Shown here: one piece after another, positions 1 to 9,360 of the stretch
How positions within the stretch are numbered: the stretch's first letter is position 1
How the letters are laid out: each line of letters opens with the position of its first letter
Sequence record: OR544956
Reading direction: 5' to 3' (one strand)
From: Escherichia phage vB_EcoM_EP57
DNA length: 64,000 nt
The notes under the pieces: generated by a model
Seen by the model: the letters and a program-made list of their open reading frames with translations, nothing else
Databases searched by the model: none
What the model was told of the DNA's origin: nothing
Made by a program: the position numbers and the translations under genes

Positions 1-356
1 TCATACGAACCCAGTCAATATCTCTCCCTTTAAAACAATATAAGGATGGGTATTGATAACCTGGGTAAGGAATACCACGCCAACCGTCATATAATGCTGT
101 GTTAGGATCACTAATATTGGAAAATGGAATGATTCCTGGAGTATAATTCAAACTATCAAGTTTGTAGTCCAGTATTGTACAATCTCCAAGTTTTGCTGTA
201 TAAGGATTTTCAGATGAAACTGTAACCCTGAAATACATTGTGTAATCATCGCCAGCGGCTGAAGAATACAAAGATGGGATATCGTTAACGCAATAAAAGT
301 CGATTGCCCCTGTCAAGCCATTTGCAGGTTCAGAATCCAATGCAATATTGATCTGA
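1..356 (-). CDS. tail fibre protein, distal portion (partial, runs off window start; apparent continuation of 357..1406 in another frame)
   Basis: minus-strand frame open from ~400 to position 1 (>118 codons, Gly/Tyr/Asp/Pro-rich), no start codon with RBS, overlaps end of upstream ORF. Confidence 0.3.
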
Positions 357-1406
357 TCAACAGCAGTCAGGTTTATTGACGAAGGTTTTGCCTCGTTGCC
401 AAGTACTTAATTTGAAATCGGCAGGACTTAAAGCTTTAGTAACCCATGCAGAATTTGTTTTTTCTAACATGGCCCACCATCTCCAACCTGCGGAATCCGT
501 AATAGTGATGTTAAAATCATCTGCGTATGAACGATATGTAATAGATTTTAAATTGGCTGTTTTAGTTGGTGTTAACCAAAACCCAACAGTAAAACCACCA
601 TCTGAATCCATATTAGCAGAAACTATCTGATCACTATTTGTCCCAGCAATACCAGTTGCATATTTATATTGTATCACAGTATTGCTTCCCCAGTCAACAA
701 TAATTCTGGGTTCAGCAATAATATATACACCCCCTCCAGGAGGTTCAGTGCGCATAAAACTGGATAAAGGTATATCCATCTTAGTCATATTAGCTGCACC
801 AAGAGGTAAGCCACAACGATATGTCACTGTGTCTGTTTCACTCTTAGTCTTGCTTAATTCTAACTCTGGACGGAAAAGAACACCTTCCCCTGCATCATCT
901 ACACCTTGAAACTCAATACGCAGTTTTGAATTCTGATCCACTCTGAACCAAACTGCTTGTTGTTCTAGAGTTGTTTGTGCTGCAACATCTTGGCGAATTA
1001 CTGTGTATCCTAACTCGTCACGAGAATATTTAGGTATTGCTGTAGATGGGTATGAGTAATCATACGAGATACCATCTGTAAAAGGAATTATTGCTGTCGT
1101 AGATCTACGGAAGAATTTATCAAACATATCGATGTTTGAGTAGTCTTGACACAGCAATAAAGAAGATTGCCAGCAAAGCCAGTATTTTCTCTCTCCTGTG
1201 ATCTGATACATCAGGTAGTTTGCATCACACCACCACGTTTCAGCATCGGAAGCATTATCTTGATAACCTAACTCTACCGGAACGTTTACAGGACGGTTAT
1301 GCCACATCTCATTACGCTTAAGCAGATATCCACCGTGTTCTACAGGGTTGCATGTAGCGTAGTTGAATTTATAGTCACCGTTCACAGAAGCATTTTTAAG
1401 TTGCAC
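357..1406 (-). CDS. tail fibre / receptor-binding protein, middle segment; frame stays open upstream to ~1622
   Basis: 349-aa ORF; track start is an internal GTG; Trp/Tyr/Gly-rich fibre-like composition; position at distal end of tail module. Confidence 0.35.
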   Translation of the reverse strand: MQLKNASVNGDYKFNYATCNPVEHGGYLLKRNEMWHNRPVNVPVELGYQDNASDAETWWCDANYLMYQITGERKYWLCWQSSLLLCQDYSNIDMFDKFFRRSTTAIIPFTDGISYDYSYPSTAIPKYSRDELGYTVIRQDVAAQTTLEQQAVWFRVDQNSKLRIEFQGVDDAGEGVLFRPELELSKTKSETDTVTYRCGLPLGAANMTKMDIPLSSFMRTEPPGGGVYIIAEPRIIVDWGSNTVIQYKYATGIAGTNSDQIVSANMDSDGGFTVGFWLTPTKTANLKSITYRSYADDFNITITDSAGWRWWAMLEKTNSAWVTKALSPADFKLSTWQRGKTFVNKPDCC

Positions 1407-1480
1407 TGTTCCATATTCTGCAAAGCTGTGACCTGTAGATAAAATGTTACCGTCCCAATCAACTTTACGTCCTAGACGAT

Positions 1481-2107
1481 CTATAATCCATTCAACGTCC
1501 CACTGATCTCCATATTCTTTCCAGTTGGTTGAACCGTCTGGGTTAATTGCATAAACTGTTGCGTTAACGGAGTTCCAACCAAGATTACCATTGAAAGCAA
1601 ACCAAGCTTTATCTGCGCACCTTTAGGAATAATAGTCCTTCCGTTAATCCAAGTCATCATGCTACCTTTGAACCCACCGTGCGTAGGATACCCATCATCT
1701 GTGAGAGGATAGTGTGCTAAACGTGGTTCTTTACCATTGATGATCCAGTTGGGACGATATTTAGCTGGAGGATCAGGAATAGGTTGGCCCCCGAAGAAGT
1801 GATCTATATAGGCTTGCCAATACTTCTCGGCAGATTCAAGATATTTTTTATCCCCTGTAGCCAAATATGCATAAGCAAAACCAGTGATAAGCACAGATTG
1901 ACCTTCGGTAGTAGCGTCACCGTTTGGTTGCCCTTCCTGCGCTGTCCAGTTAATAAAGTGTCTGTTGTTCGCCAATACGTTTTGTGGGTTGATAATGTAA
2001 TGCTGAACCGTAGGATCTATGGTAAGCCCAGTATTTCTTTCCAAAAACTGAACCAACCCTTCAATCAACTGAAACGTGTTGTCAATATTGTGCTTAACTC
2101 TTGACAT
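1481..2107 (-). CDS. tail fibre protein, N-terminal segment (upstream frame of the same interrupted gene)
   Basis: 208-aa ORF; its last ~45 codons overlap the open upstream extension of 357..1406; TAATG coupling to 2107..2400. Confidence 0.35.
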   Translation of the reverse strand: MSRVKHNIDNTFQLIEGLVQFLERNTGLTIDPTVQHYIINPQNVLANNRHFINWTAQEGQPNGDATTEGQSVLITGFAYAYLATGDKKYLESAEKYWQAYIDHFFGGQPIPDPPAKYRPNWIINGKEPRLAHYPLTDDGYPTHGGFKGSMMTWINGRTIIPKGAQIKLGLLSMVILVGTPLTQQFMQLTQTVQPTGKNMEISGTLNGL

Positions 2108-2400
2108 TAAATAACTCCTGCTAAAACTAAGCTACCTGTCCAAGTTGCACCATTATCATAACTGATAAACTCAAAAGTGTCTGTTGCACCTTGACGATAA
2201 CTCAAAACTGGGGAACGACCAAAACTCCATTTTACAGAAGAAGGCCATACGACTTTATTTGCACCACTTCCTTGACGCAAAGCTAAAGTAAAGTTTAAAA
2301 CTGCATTTGTTGCTACTGGAATATTAGTAAAACTAATTGTGCACGTTGCAGAAGATAAAGTTGCAGAAAAATATTCTGCTGAACTAATATCTAATGCCAA
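2107..2400 (-). CDS. hypothetical tail/baseplate protein
   Basis: 97-aa ORF in the tail module; TTG start; 17-nt overlap with upstream ORF. Confidence 0.3.
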   Translation of the reverse strand: MALDISSAEYFSATLSSATCTISFTNIPVATNAVLNFTLALRQGSGANKVVWPSSVKWSFGRSPVLSYRQGATDTFEFISYDNGATWTGSLVLAGVI

Positions 2401-2578
2401 GGCTGGTTACTGTTCCCCGTGCATTCAGACGGTTTCTAGTTACCCCTGCACCACTCAACAACACTTTCAAAGAAGTTTTCTTTGTTATTCCAGCCTGATC
2501 TGTTACAAAGAAATCTGTATCAGACACAGAGGTTGTTTGTGTAAGATCAGAAATTTTGATCGTAGTTAAATCTGCCAT
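2384..2578 (-). CDS. hypothetical tail/baseplate protein
   Basis: 64-aa ORF; ATG overlaps stop of upstream gene (TAATG). Confidence 0.3.
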   Translation of the reverse strand: MADLTTIKISDLTQTTSVSDTDFFVTDQAGITKKTSLKVLLSGAGVTRNRLNARGTVTSLGIRY

Positions 2579-3204
2579 TACTCTTCTACTCCTGTCATAG
2601 CTGTTATACCGAAATTATTGTTTGTAGTTAATGCATCACCTTTTTCGTTAACCATGATTCTTTCCACTGCTGACTCTGTAGACCATTCATTCCACCAAGT
2701 AGAGTAGGTATCACGTGGCAAACCAACAAAGTTGATAAAGCGATAAAGTCTATTCGAATTCTCAACAATACTGTAAGCTTCACAAATGATCGCTGCATTG
2801 TCTTCACCAGCTTCAGGGTAAATAAACTCTTCAGAAGGTTGAGTATTGAATATAGATGTTACTGTATCTGCTCCTACTGTGACCATAACTGTCATTGAGT
2901 AATAACGTTGATCCATGTCATAAGCAGATTTATAACTGTTTATTGTATCTATGTAAACGTTTTTGGCAATCTCTGCTAAAAATATTCTGTCTACAATATC
3001 TTTCTTTCTAGCAACACCAATAATCTCTTGTAAGTAAGGAACACCGAAGTTAGTATTTAAAAACCACTCCCCACGATACGTGTTCAGAGTTATCCCAAGA
3101 GTTTGTGCTGCAATTTCTGTTCTGGTTGTAGTGAGGACCAAATCCCCATCATCCATGATGAGGTCGTTGTTTGGTCCAAGTTTTAAGTCAAAAGGGATTC
3201 CCAT
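2578..3204 (-). CDS. baseplate protein
   Basis: 208-aa ORF in collinear tail module. Confidence 0.35.
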   Translation of the reverse strand: MGIPFDLKLGPNNDLIMDDGDLVLTTTRTEIAAQTLGITLNTYRGEWFLNTNFGVPYLQEIIGVARKKDIVDRIFLAEIAKNVYIDTINSYKSAYDMDQRYYSMTVMVTVGADTVTSIFNTQPSEEFIYPEAGEDNAAIICEAYSIVENSNRLYRFINFVGLPRDTYSTWWNEWSTESAVERIMVNEKGDALTTNNNFGITAMTGVEE

Positions 3205-3205
3205 G

Positions 3206-3940
3206 TTAGGCTCCTGTTGGTTTTAAGGACTCGGCACTTGAGTTACCGCTCTGAATGTTACGAACCGTGTGCGTGTGAGTATGGAATCCGATGCCATTAC
3301 CATCTGTCATCAAACCGTTCTGGTCTATTTTAAGACCATTGATATCTGCCACGCCGCCTTTGAAAGTTAAATTACCACCTTTTAGATCCAAAGTCCCTGT
3401 GCCATCTGTAATAGTAATACCAGAGGTGGTAATATCTATTTTCATCCCTTGACTATTCCATATTGAAATATTACCTGTAGGGTCGAAAGAAGCGTACGTG
3501 TTTTTGTTATTAGAAATAACTACCTTTTCAGAATCTACAGCTTCTGTTGAATCTGTTCCTGTAGCTATTTTGGGAATAAAACAAATAGGGTATAATCCAC
3601 AAGGCTGCATAAAAGTGGATGATGAAGAGGTTTCTCCACTAGTTTGCAGTGCATTAGAAGGATCTCTTTCAGAAAATATAACAGTTCCTAAATCGCCAGC
3701 TTTAATAGGGAATGAGATTCTTCCTGTCCCACCACCATTAACCATAAAAGGAACATCTTCAAAAGTAGGGTAATCTATTTCATCTTCGCTAGATCGTGTG
3801 TTTTTAACAATAGATTCTAAGGTGACAGTCTTAGCACCATAATTAACGCCAGTCACACGGACTGGCAGGGCTGTATGGACTTCTGCTAATTGTTCTGTCA
3901 TTAAGCCACGCATTGCTGTGACAAAATTTAATGCATCCAT
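3206..3940 (-). CDS. baseplate spike-like protein with C-terminal Gly-rich repeats and HTHTHT motif
   Basis: 244 aa; C-terminus GGNLTFKGG...NGIGFHTHTHTV resembles beta-helical spike tips carrying HxH metal-binding motifs. Confidence 0.4.
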   Translation of the reverse strand: MDALNFVTAMRGLMTEQLAEVHTALPVRVTGVNYGAKTVTLESIVKNTRSSEDEIDYPTFEDVPFMVNGGGTGRISFPIKAGDLGTVIFSERDPSNALQTSGETSSSSTFMQPCGLYPICFIPKIATGTDSTEAVDSEKVVISNNKNTYASFDPTGNISIWNSQGMKIDITTSGITITDGTGTLDLKGGNLTFKGGVADINGLKIDQNGLMTDGNGIGFHTHTHTVRNIQSGNSSAESLKPTGA

Positions 3941-4950
3941 TATTTCTCCTTAGTCATTATTTCAGACACAGATACACACTCCACTTCAGTAACCCACTCT
4001 TTACCCTCTTTATCACCATTGTGAGAAACAGAAACAACTTTAAACGGACCATCATAATCTCGGCTTTTTAACCAGATTGTTTTTTCTGGTAATATTGCAC
4101 CATTCATTTGGCATTTGAATTTAACACCATCTGTAGGTTTCTTTGCCTTCTTAGAGGACTTGGTAACTTTTTTAGTAGGTTTTATATCGTTGTGGAATGG
4201 TTCTGGACTTCCTATCAGACCAGTTTCAGGGCTAATGTAGGCGCTACGTGCACTAGACATTTGTGAACGAGGAGTGACATAAACAGATCCATCTTGTATT
4301 GACACATTGTGATCAATACTTTTACAAATATGTTCTAGGTAATGTGAAGTGTTTCCACACATAGCTGTTGCTGAAGATAAGGTTTGATCATTATCTACGT
4401 GTATATTACCTTCTGTAGTTCCTAAATCCTTTACCAAATCTGTCACAACACGTTTGATTTTAGTTCCTTTTGGATAACTGCGGCTTGTTCTTGCTTCTGC
4501 AATGTTAATACCGCCATCCAAACAGTGTAAAGTGGTTTTCCTGTCTACCGAGTCAAAAGTATCACTAACCCACTGGATAGTTCCTTTGAAAATCATAACC
4601 AACTCTTCACCTTCGTATCCTACCGCTAAAGCAACAGCCAAGTTATTTCGGATACCACGGTTTATATAGTTAACAGTATCATCCGAAAGGTTATAAACTA
4701 CAATCTCTGCTTGGTTAGGATCTTTGTTATTATCTTTCTTAATACTGAAGGTTATTTGATGGTCTTGCAACAAATACAAATTAGAAGAGGATTTTTCTGT
4801 TGTTCCTAACTTGGTATCCAAATCTACTGTAGATTTAAATGCCGAGTTCTTAGTTCTCTTCTGTATTGTGTTTGTGGCAGAACCAATTAATAGTTTGTAT
4901 GCCCTGTTTAAATTAGGGGCAGGAGCTTTTGTATACTCTCTTTCTGCCAT
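3940..4950 (-). CDS. baseplate protein
   Basis: 336-aa ORF; start overlaps stop of upstream gene. Confidence 0.35.
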   Translation of the reverse strand: MAEREYTKAPAPNLNRAYKLLIGSATNTIQKRTKNSAFKSTVDLDTKLGTTEKSSSNLYLLQDHQITFSIKKDNNKDPNQAEIVVYNLSDDTVNYINRGIRNNLAVALAVGYEGEELVMIFKGTIQWVSDTFDSVDRKTTLHCLDGGINIAEARTSRSYPKGTKIKRVVTDLVKDLGTTEGNIHVDNDQTLSSATAMCGNTSHYLEHICKSIDHNVSIQDGSVYVTPRSQMSSARSAYISPETGLIGSPEPFHNDIKPTKKVTKSSKKAKKPTDGVKFKCQMNGAILPEKTIWLKSRDYDGPFKVVSVSHNGDKEGKEWVTEVECVSVSEIMTKEK

Positions 4951-4959
4951 ATTATCTCC

Positions 4960-5373
4960 TTACGCCTGATTAGGTTTGTTATCAATATAAACCAATACAA
5001 AACGTTTATCTCGACCTGTAGTTGTATACCCAGGACGACCATTAATCTTGACTGTATCTACTATATATAATTGACCATCTGGCACACTTTCAAGATATTT
5101 ATAAGGTTTAAGAAGATCTAAACCATTTGTAACTTTGAAACTTATACTCGGATCATCCCCAGATAATCCCATCTGACATTGCCAAGATTCGTCCCTAGTG
5201 TTCCACCTTAAACGAATGTCATAATCAACCCCATCCAATGTAACTGTATATGTTTGATCAGGGTACTCTTCAGTTTTCAGATACCATGCAAAATAAGTAG
5301 AATGGTCCTCCAGATAAACTGCACTGTAGCCTGTATTACTTGTAGACCTTGTTGTTTTAGAATAAGTTGTCAC
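4960..5373 (-). CDS. hypothetical tail protein
   Basis: 137-aa ORF in tail module. Confidence 0.3.
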   Translation of the reverse strand: MTTYSKTTRSTSNTGYSAVYLEDHSTYFAWYLKTEEYPDQTYTVTLDGVDYDIRLRWNTRDESWQCQMGLSGDDPSISFKVTNGLDLLKPYKYLESVPDGQLYIVDTVKINGRPGYTTTGRDKRFVLVYIDNKPNQA

Positions 5374-5375
5374 TA

Positions 5376-6077
5376 TTAACCTCCGTTGTTTGTTGGGGTA
5401 TTAGTAGCTTTGGCAGTTCTTACTGTAATATCTGACTTAGGACCATCCGAAGAAACTTGACCTTTCACATCACCACCAGTCGATTTATTTGGTGCTGTTT
5501 TTACAGCAATAGCATTAGTAGTGGCCTTAGAAACGAGACGGATTTGTTCGAACTCTAAATCAAATTGCATAGCAAATTCAGATTTATAATCATAAGAGTA
5601 GCCTTTGAGAATAACATTTTCAAAAGTTCTGTGTTCTGTCAAAAGAACTATTGGTTGTCTTGACTCAAATATTTGATCTAGATATTCTATTGCTTGAGAA
5701 ATCCTTGCACCATTTACACCTGCACTGTATAATTGATCTCGCATAAGCCGAATTGGTGTTTCGGTAATTATACCTGAAAGTTTAAATCTGTTGTTTTTTA
5801 TTTGAACGTGGTCACTTACATCCGATCCTGATTCTACTGGAAAACTTGTAACATCTGCCTCACGAGTTACACCTATTTCAGGGACTGAATCGAAAGTAAT
5901 TGCTTTAAAGTTTTGAATGTATTGATCACTTGAACTATTATAAACACTTGCTAAAATGCAGAAACCATTATCACCCTTTACAGTAGATGCCGAGGTATTT
6001 TTATTCTCGGTAGAGTTGATTTCCTGTTCTGCCTTATAGACGGCTCTCACCGACTGTTGTGGAGTCATTGCTGCCAT
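5376..6077 (-). CDS. hypothetical tail protein (distal tail / baseplate hub candidate)
   Basis: 233-aa ORF immediately downstream of tape measure gene. Confidence 0.3.
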   Translation of the reverse strand: MAAMTPQQSVRAVYKAEQEINSTENKNTSASTVKGDNGFCILASVYNSSSDQYIQNFKAITFDSVPEIGVTREADVTSFPVESGSDVSDHVQIKNNRFKLSGIITETPIRLMRDQLYSAGVNGARISQAIEYLDQIFESRQPIVLLTEHRTFENVILKGYSYDYKSEFAMQFDLEFEQIRLVSKATTNAIAVKTAPNKSTGGDVKGQVSSDGPKSDITVRTAKATNTPTNNGG

Positions 6078-6169
6078 GATAACCTCGTAGTAATGATAAT
6101 GCCAAAAGGAAGATGCAAGATCTTCCCATATTGATTATTGTAACACATATAGAAACTTCGTGTCAAGGG

Positions 6170-6198
6170 AAACGAAAAAACCCCGCCGAAGCGAGGTA
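6170..6198 (-). terminator. stem-loop plus T-run downstream of tape measure gene
   Basis: minus strand CCTCGC-TTCG-GCGGGG followed by TTTTTT. Confidence 0.35.
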
Positions 6199-6203
6199 TT
6201 TTA

Positions 6204-8048
6204 TTAACCACCAGTGTTAGATTGTCCACTTAGAGTTGAAAGAGATAAACGTTGGAAAATGCTATTTCCGCTATTTTGAATTCTTGCATCAAGAATATTT
6301 CCAAACTCTGAAGAAGGGCTGATCGTAACTTTGATAAGATCACTTGGTATTGCTACCGTATTCTCAACAACAGGTTGATTACGAGCCAAACTTACATTAG
6401 GTGTATATGCCGACTGACGTAAATCTTCCAGAGGATTACCAAATCCAAAAGCACGTGTCCTTGTTTGTTCTCCTCTCCACATACGACCAATATCTTGTGT
6501 ATCAATACCTGTTAAATTGTACAACCAATCTGCTACAGGATTGCTGTCTCCACTTTGCGTTGCCTCGTATGCTTTTTGTGCTAAAGATTTATTAGGATCT
6601 GTGTCTTTAACGTTATCCAACCAAGAATCATCTTTAGGTAAGGCTTTCACAAAACCCTCTAAGAAGTGGTTCTGCATACCTTGACCTACAAGCTGAACTG
6701 TTGCAGCAAAACGAGTAAACTCTTTAGAAGCATCTATTTGTTCTTGAGTTAATGTTGCACCTGTTCTTTGAAGCATTTTCAATACTTCATTATACCCTTC
6801 GCCGTTTTTACTAAACATACGTTGGTAGTGCATAAGGTCATCACCAAGGTTTTCAAGAAGTCGCCCGATTTGAGCAGAGTTCATACCTCGACGCTCACCT
6901 TCATTAACAGTAGCCTGAATAAAAGCTAAAGGATCGTTCTGTAAAGGTTTAAGCTGTTCTGGATTCCATCCAAACAAGTTCATAATGTCATTTATGCCAT
7001 TATCACCGCCTTTCCACTTCCCTTCTTTCTCATTCCATTTTGAGGCTAAAACTGTATTACCAAGACGTTCACGAACGTCTTTAATATTATCTATTGACTT
7101 AATAATATTTGCAGAGTCTACACCGTTCTGTTCACCCCAAGCTGTCATCGCTAAAATAGAGTTGGCGTTTGTCTGAACGTTTTCAGCGCCACGACTTACA
7201 AGTTTAATTCTTTCGTTAGTATTCATCAACGTGTTACCAACTACAGAACCACCTGCAAACAGCCCAGCACCTATTAAAGAGGATGCAATCATGCGTGGAT
7301 TAAGACCTGCTGCACCTTCTTTTAATTGTCCATATCGACGATCACGATCACGTTTTTGTTGAGCTAATTCACGCTTACGGTTGCGTTCTATATCTCTAAG
7401 TTCACGATTTCGCATACGTATACGCATTTTAGCTTCTGCTTCTAGCTCTCTACGAATACGGCGACGACCGCGAACCTCGTCTTCTATTTCAGCATTCTTT
7501 TCACGATGAGATCTGCGTAAGGCATCTAACTGGTGAGCAAGAGCTTGGTTCATACGTTGAAGAGTTATTTCACCCTTTTTGTATTGCTCTACAGCTTTAC
7601 CCATAACGTCCCTAGCTTCTTGCATAGCCCCAGGACTGGCTTTACTAAATGCTCTTGCTCTGTAGTTAAAGTTCTGCAAACGAAGATTACCTAAATCTTC
7701 CCTACGTGCTGCTGCTTTAGCTTCGCGTTCAGCAGCTTTACGAGCTTTTTCTTCTTCTCTTCCTTGCGGGGTTTTAGGAGTTCTAGGTCTACCAGATCCG
7801 CCTACAGGAGCACCCGCTCCAGCGGGAGTAGGTGCTCGCATAGGTTTTTGACTTTGAGTTTGAGCTTTCTTAAGTTCACGCTCAATCTCTTTCATTTGTT
7901 GTCTAAACTTGGTCATGTTCATAGTGGGTTGCATTTTATTTGCAAACTTCTGAACACTCAACACGGCATCTTTTGCTTCCTTGAGACTGTTCTTGTCCAC
8001 CTTAAACGTAACCACGTTACTAATTTTGGAGGCGTTAATTTCTAACAA
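6204..8048 (-). CDS. tail tape measure protein
   Basis: 614 aa, long charged coiled-coil stretch (REEEKARKAAEREAKAAARRE...), directly downstream of the frameshifting chaperone pair. Confidence 0.5.
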   Translation of the reverse strand: MLEINASKISNVVTFKVDKNSLKEAKDAVLSVQKFANKMQPTMNMTKFRQQMKEIERELKKAQTQSQKPMRAPTPAGAGAPVGGSGRPRTPKTPQGREEEKARKAAEREAKAAARREDLGNLRLQNFNYRARAFSKASPGAMQEARDVMGKAVEQYKKGEITLQRMNQALAHQLDALRRSHREKNAEIEDEVRGRRRIRRELEAEAKMRIRMRNRELRDIERNRKRELAQQKRDRDRRYGQLKEGAAGLNPRMIASSLIGAGLFAGGSVVGNTLMNTNERIKLVSRGAENVQTNANSILAMTAWGEQNGVDSANIIKSIDNIKDVRERLGNTVLASKWNEKEGKWKGGDNGINDIMNLFGWNPEQLKPLQNDPLAFIQATVNEGERRGMNSAQIGRLLENLGDDLMHYQRMFSKNGEGYNEVLKMLQRTGATLTQEQIDASKEFTRFAATVQLVGQGMQNHFLEGFVKALPKDDSWLDNVKDTDPNKSLAQKAYEATQSGDSNPVADWLYNLTGIDTQDIGRMWRGEQTRTRAFGFGNPLEDLRQSAYTPNVSLARNQPVVENTVAIPSDLIKVTISPSSEFGNILDARIQNSGNSIFQRLSLSTLSGQSNTGG

Positions 8049-8068
8049 AGTATGTTCCTCGTGTTGGA

Positions 8069-8407
8069 TTAAACAAGTTTCTTAAACAAATCTGACATTT
8101 TATTTGTCTGGTTTTGATGTTTTCTCTTTATTGAAGTGTCTTTAACATACATGGCTTCAACATACTCTTCGTATGTTAAATACTCATATAGTTTTAAAAG
8201 ATAATCTACACCGTAGTTATCCAATGTTTTCAGTGTTTCCGAGGTATCTTTAACGACTTTGCAAAGAATAACCTCATACCACTTCAAAGTAAGGGTTTTC
8301 GTTGCTGTGTCGATAGCATGTTCAATCGCAGGTGTTAATTTGCTGCTAAACTCGTCATCGCCTGAAGCTGTGTGAACAGTTTTCCGAAACCTCGTTTGAA
8401 AAAAGGG
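8069..8407 (-). CDS. tail assembly chaperone frameshift extension (GT-like, reached by -1 slip)
   Basis: -1 frame is open continuously from the slippery site at 8398..8407 to the stop at 8069; downstream ORF has no RBS of its own. Confidence 0.45.
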   Translation of the reverse strand, partial: PFFQTRFRKTVHTASGDDEFSSKLTPAIEHAIDTATKTLTLKWYEVILCKVVKDTSETLKTLDNYGVDYLLKLYEYLTYEEYVEAMYVKDTSIKRKHQNQTNKMSDLFKKLV

Positions 8408-8817
8408 CCGTAGTTTACCTCCAGAACTTTAGCAGTAAGATCTAACACTAGTTCTGGGTGAGCCATAAATAATTCATCAAAATTTTCTGCAACGTTATAA
8501 CCGTCTTGAGTATAAACCTCATCTAAAATTTTACGCAAAAATACAGTTAAATTCTTTTCTTCCAAACCTGCAAAAAGTTGGATCAGTGCCATAGCAATAC
8601 GTGACTCAAGGTCTTCGTCTGCGGACATTGTTGCTGTGCTATACATAGTCATAGGAACAACCAGAACACTACCCAATTCTGGAATCCTGTCAAACACTTT
8701 AGATGGACTCCACTTCATAATACGGAAAGTAACAGATCTGTTTCCATCTAACGGAATCTCAACTACTTCTTCTGGTCGAGCATATTTTTGAATCGTGTTA
8801 TCTTGTTCTTGTGACAT
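8335..8817 (-). CDS. tail assembly chaperone (G-like, zero-frame product)
   Basis: 160-aa ORF between tube and tape measure genes; slippery run near its 3' end. Confidence 0.5.
   Translation of the reverse strand: MSQEQDNTIQKYARPEEVVEIPLDGNRSVTFRIMKWSPSKVFDRIPELGSVLVVPMTMYSTATMSADEDLESRIAMALIQLFAGLEEKNLTVFLRKILDEVYTQDGYNVAENFDELFMAHPELVLDLTAKVLEVNYGPFFKRGFGKLFTQLQAMTSLAAN
8398..8407 (-). promoter_or_regulatory. programmed -1 ribosomal frameshift slippery site (CCCTTTTTTC)
   Basis: zero-frame codons GGC CCT TTT TTC; X_XXY_YYZ heptamer T_TTT_TTC. Confidence 0.45.
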
Positions 8818-8821
8818 ATTT

Positions 8822-8850
8822 TCCTCTCTAATGATAAAAAGGGCATTTCT
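8822..8850 (-). terminator. stem-loop plus T-run between tube and chaperone genes (attenuator candidate)
   Basis: minus strand AGGGCAGAAATGCCCT followed by TTTTATC. Confidence 0.3.
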
Positions 8851-8862
8851 GCCCTTTATTTA

Positions 8863-9314
8863 TTATTGAATTGTCAGAGCAGAGATTGAGTTAAGGGTGC
8901 TCAAACCTACACCAACTTCATTACGCAGAAGACTTGCATCTTTAAGACCAATAACCCATTGGTTCTCTGTAATCATTTCGCCAATAGTATCTTCAGGCTG
9001 ACTTTGAATCCATCCAATCGTGCTAATGTAATAGCCACGTGGGTCTTCCAAGTAAACACTGAACGCTACTTGACGAGTAGAATACATTGTTTGTGCATAT
9101 GTTGCAAGCAAGACATTGTGAGTGTTCCCAAACGGTTACGACTCAAAGCTAGTGAAACGTCGCCATCAGTCCCTGAATAAGGGTTGATAATATCGTTAGA
9201 TTTAGCAATAACGATTTTAGTATCAGCCGCAAAACCCCACGGTTCCCAACCACCTAATGAAAGGATAACTTGAGATGGGTCGTAGGCCATTACGCCAGTA
9301 AGCATTTTATCCAT
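8863..9314 (-). CDS. tail tube protein, interrupted by an apparent frameshift near 9111-9138
   Basis: two overlapping 82-aa ORFs in different frames (9066..9314 and 8863..9111); second has no RBS and TTG start; together ~145 aa, tube-sized, between sheath and chaperones. Confidence 0.4.
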
Positions 9315-9360
9315 TATAGATCCTCTTTATTTTGATAACGGGGGCTTAACCCCCGCCGTA

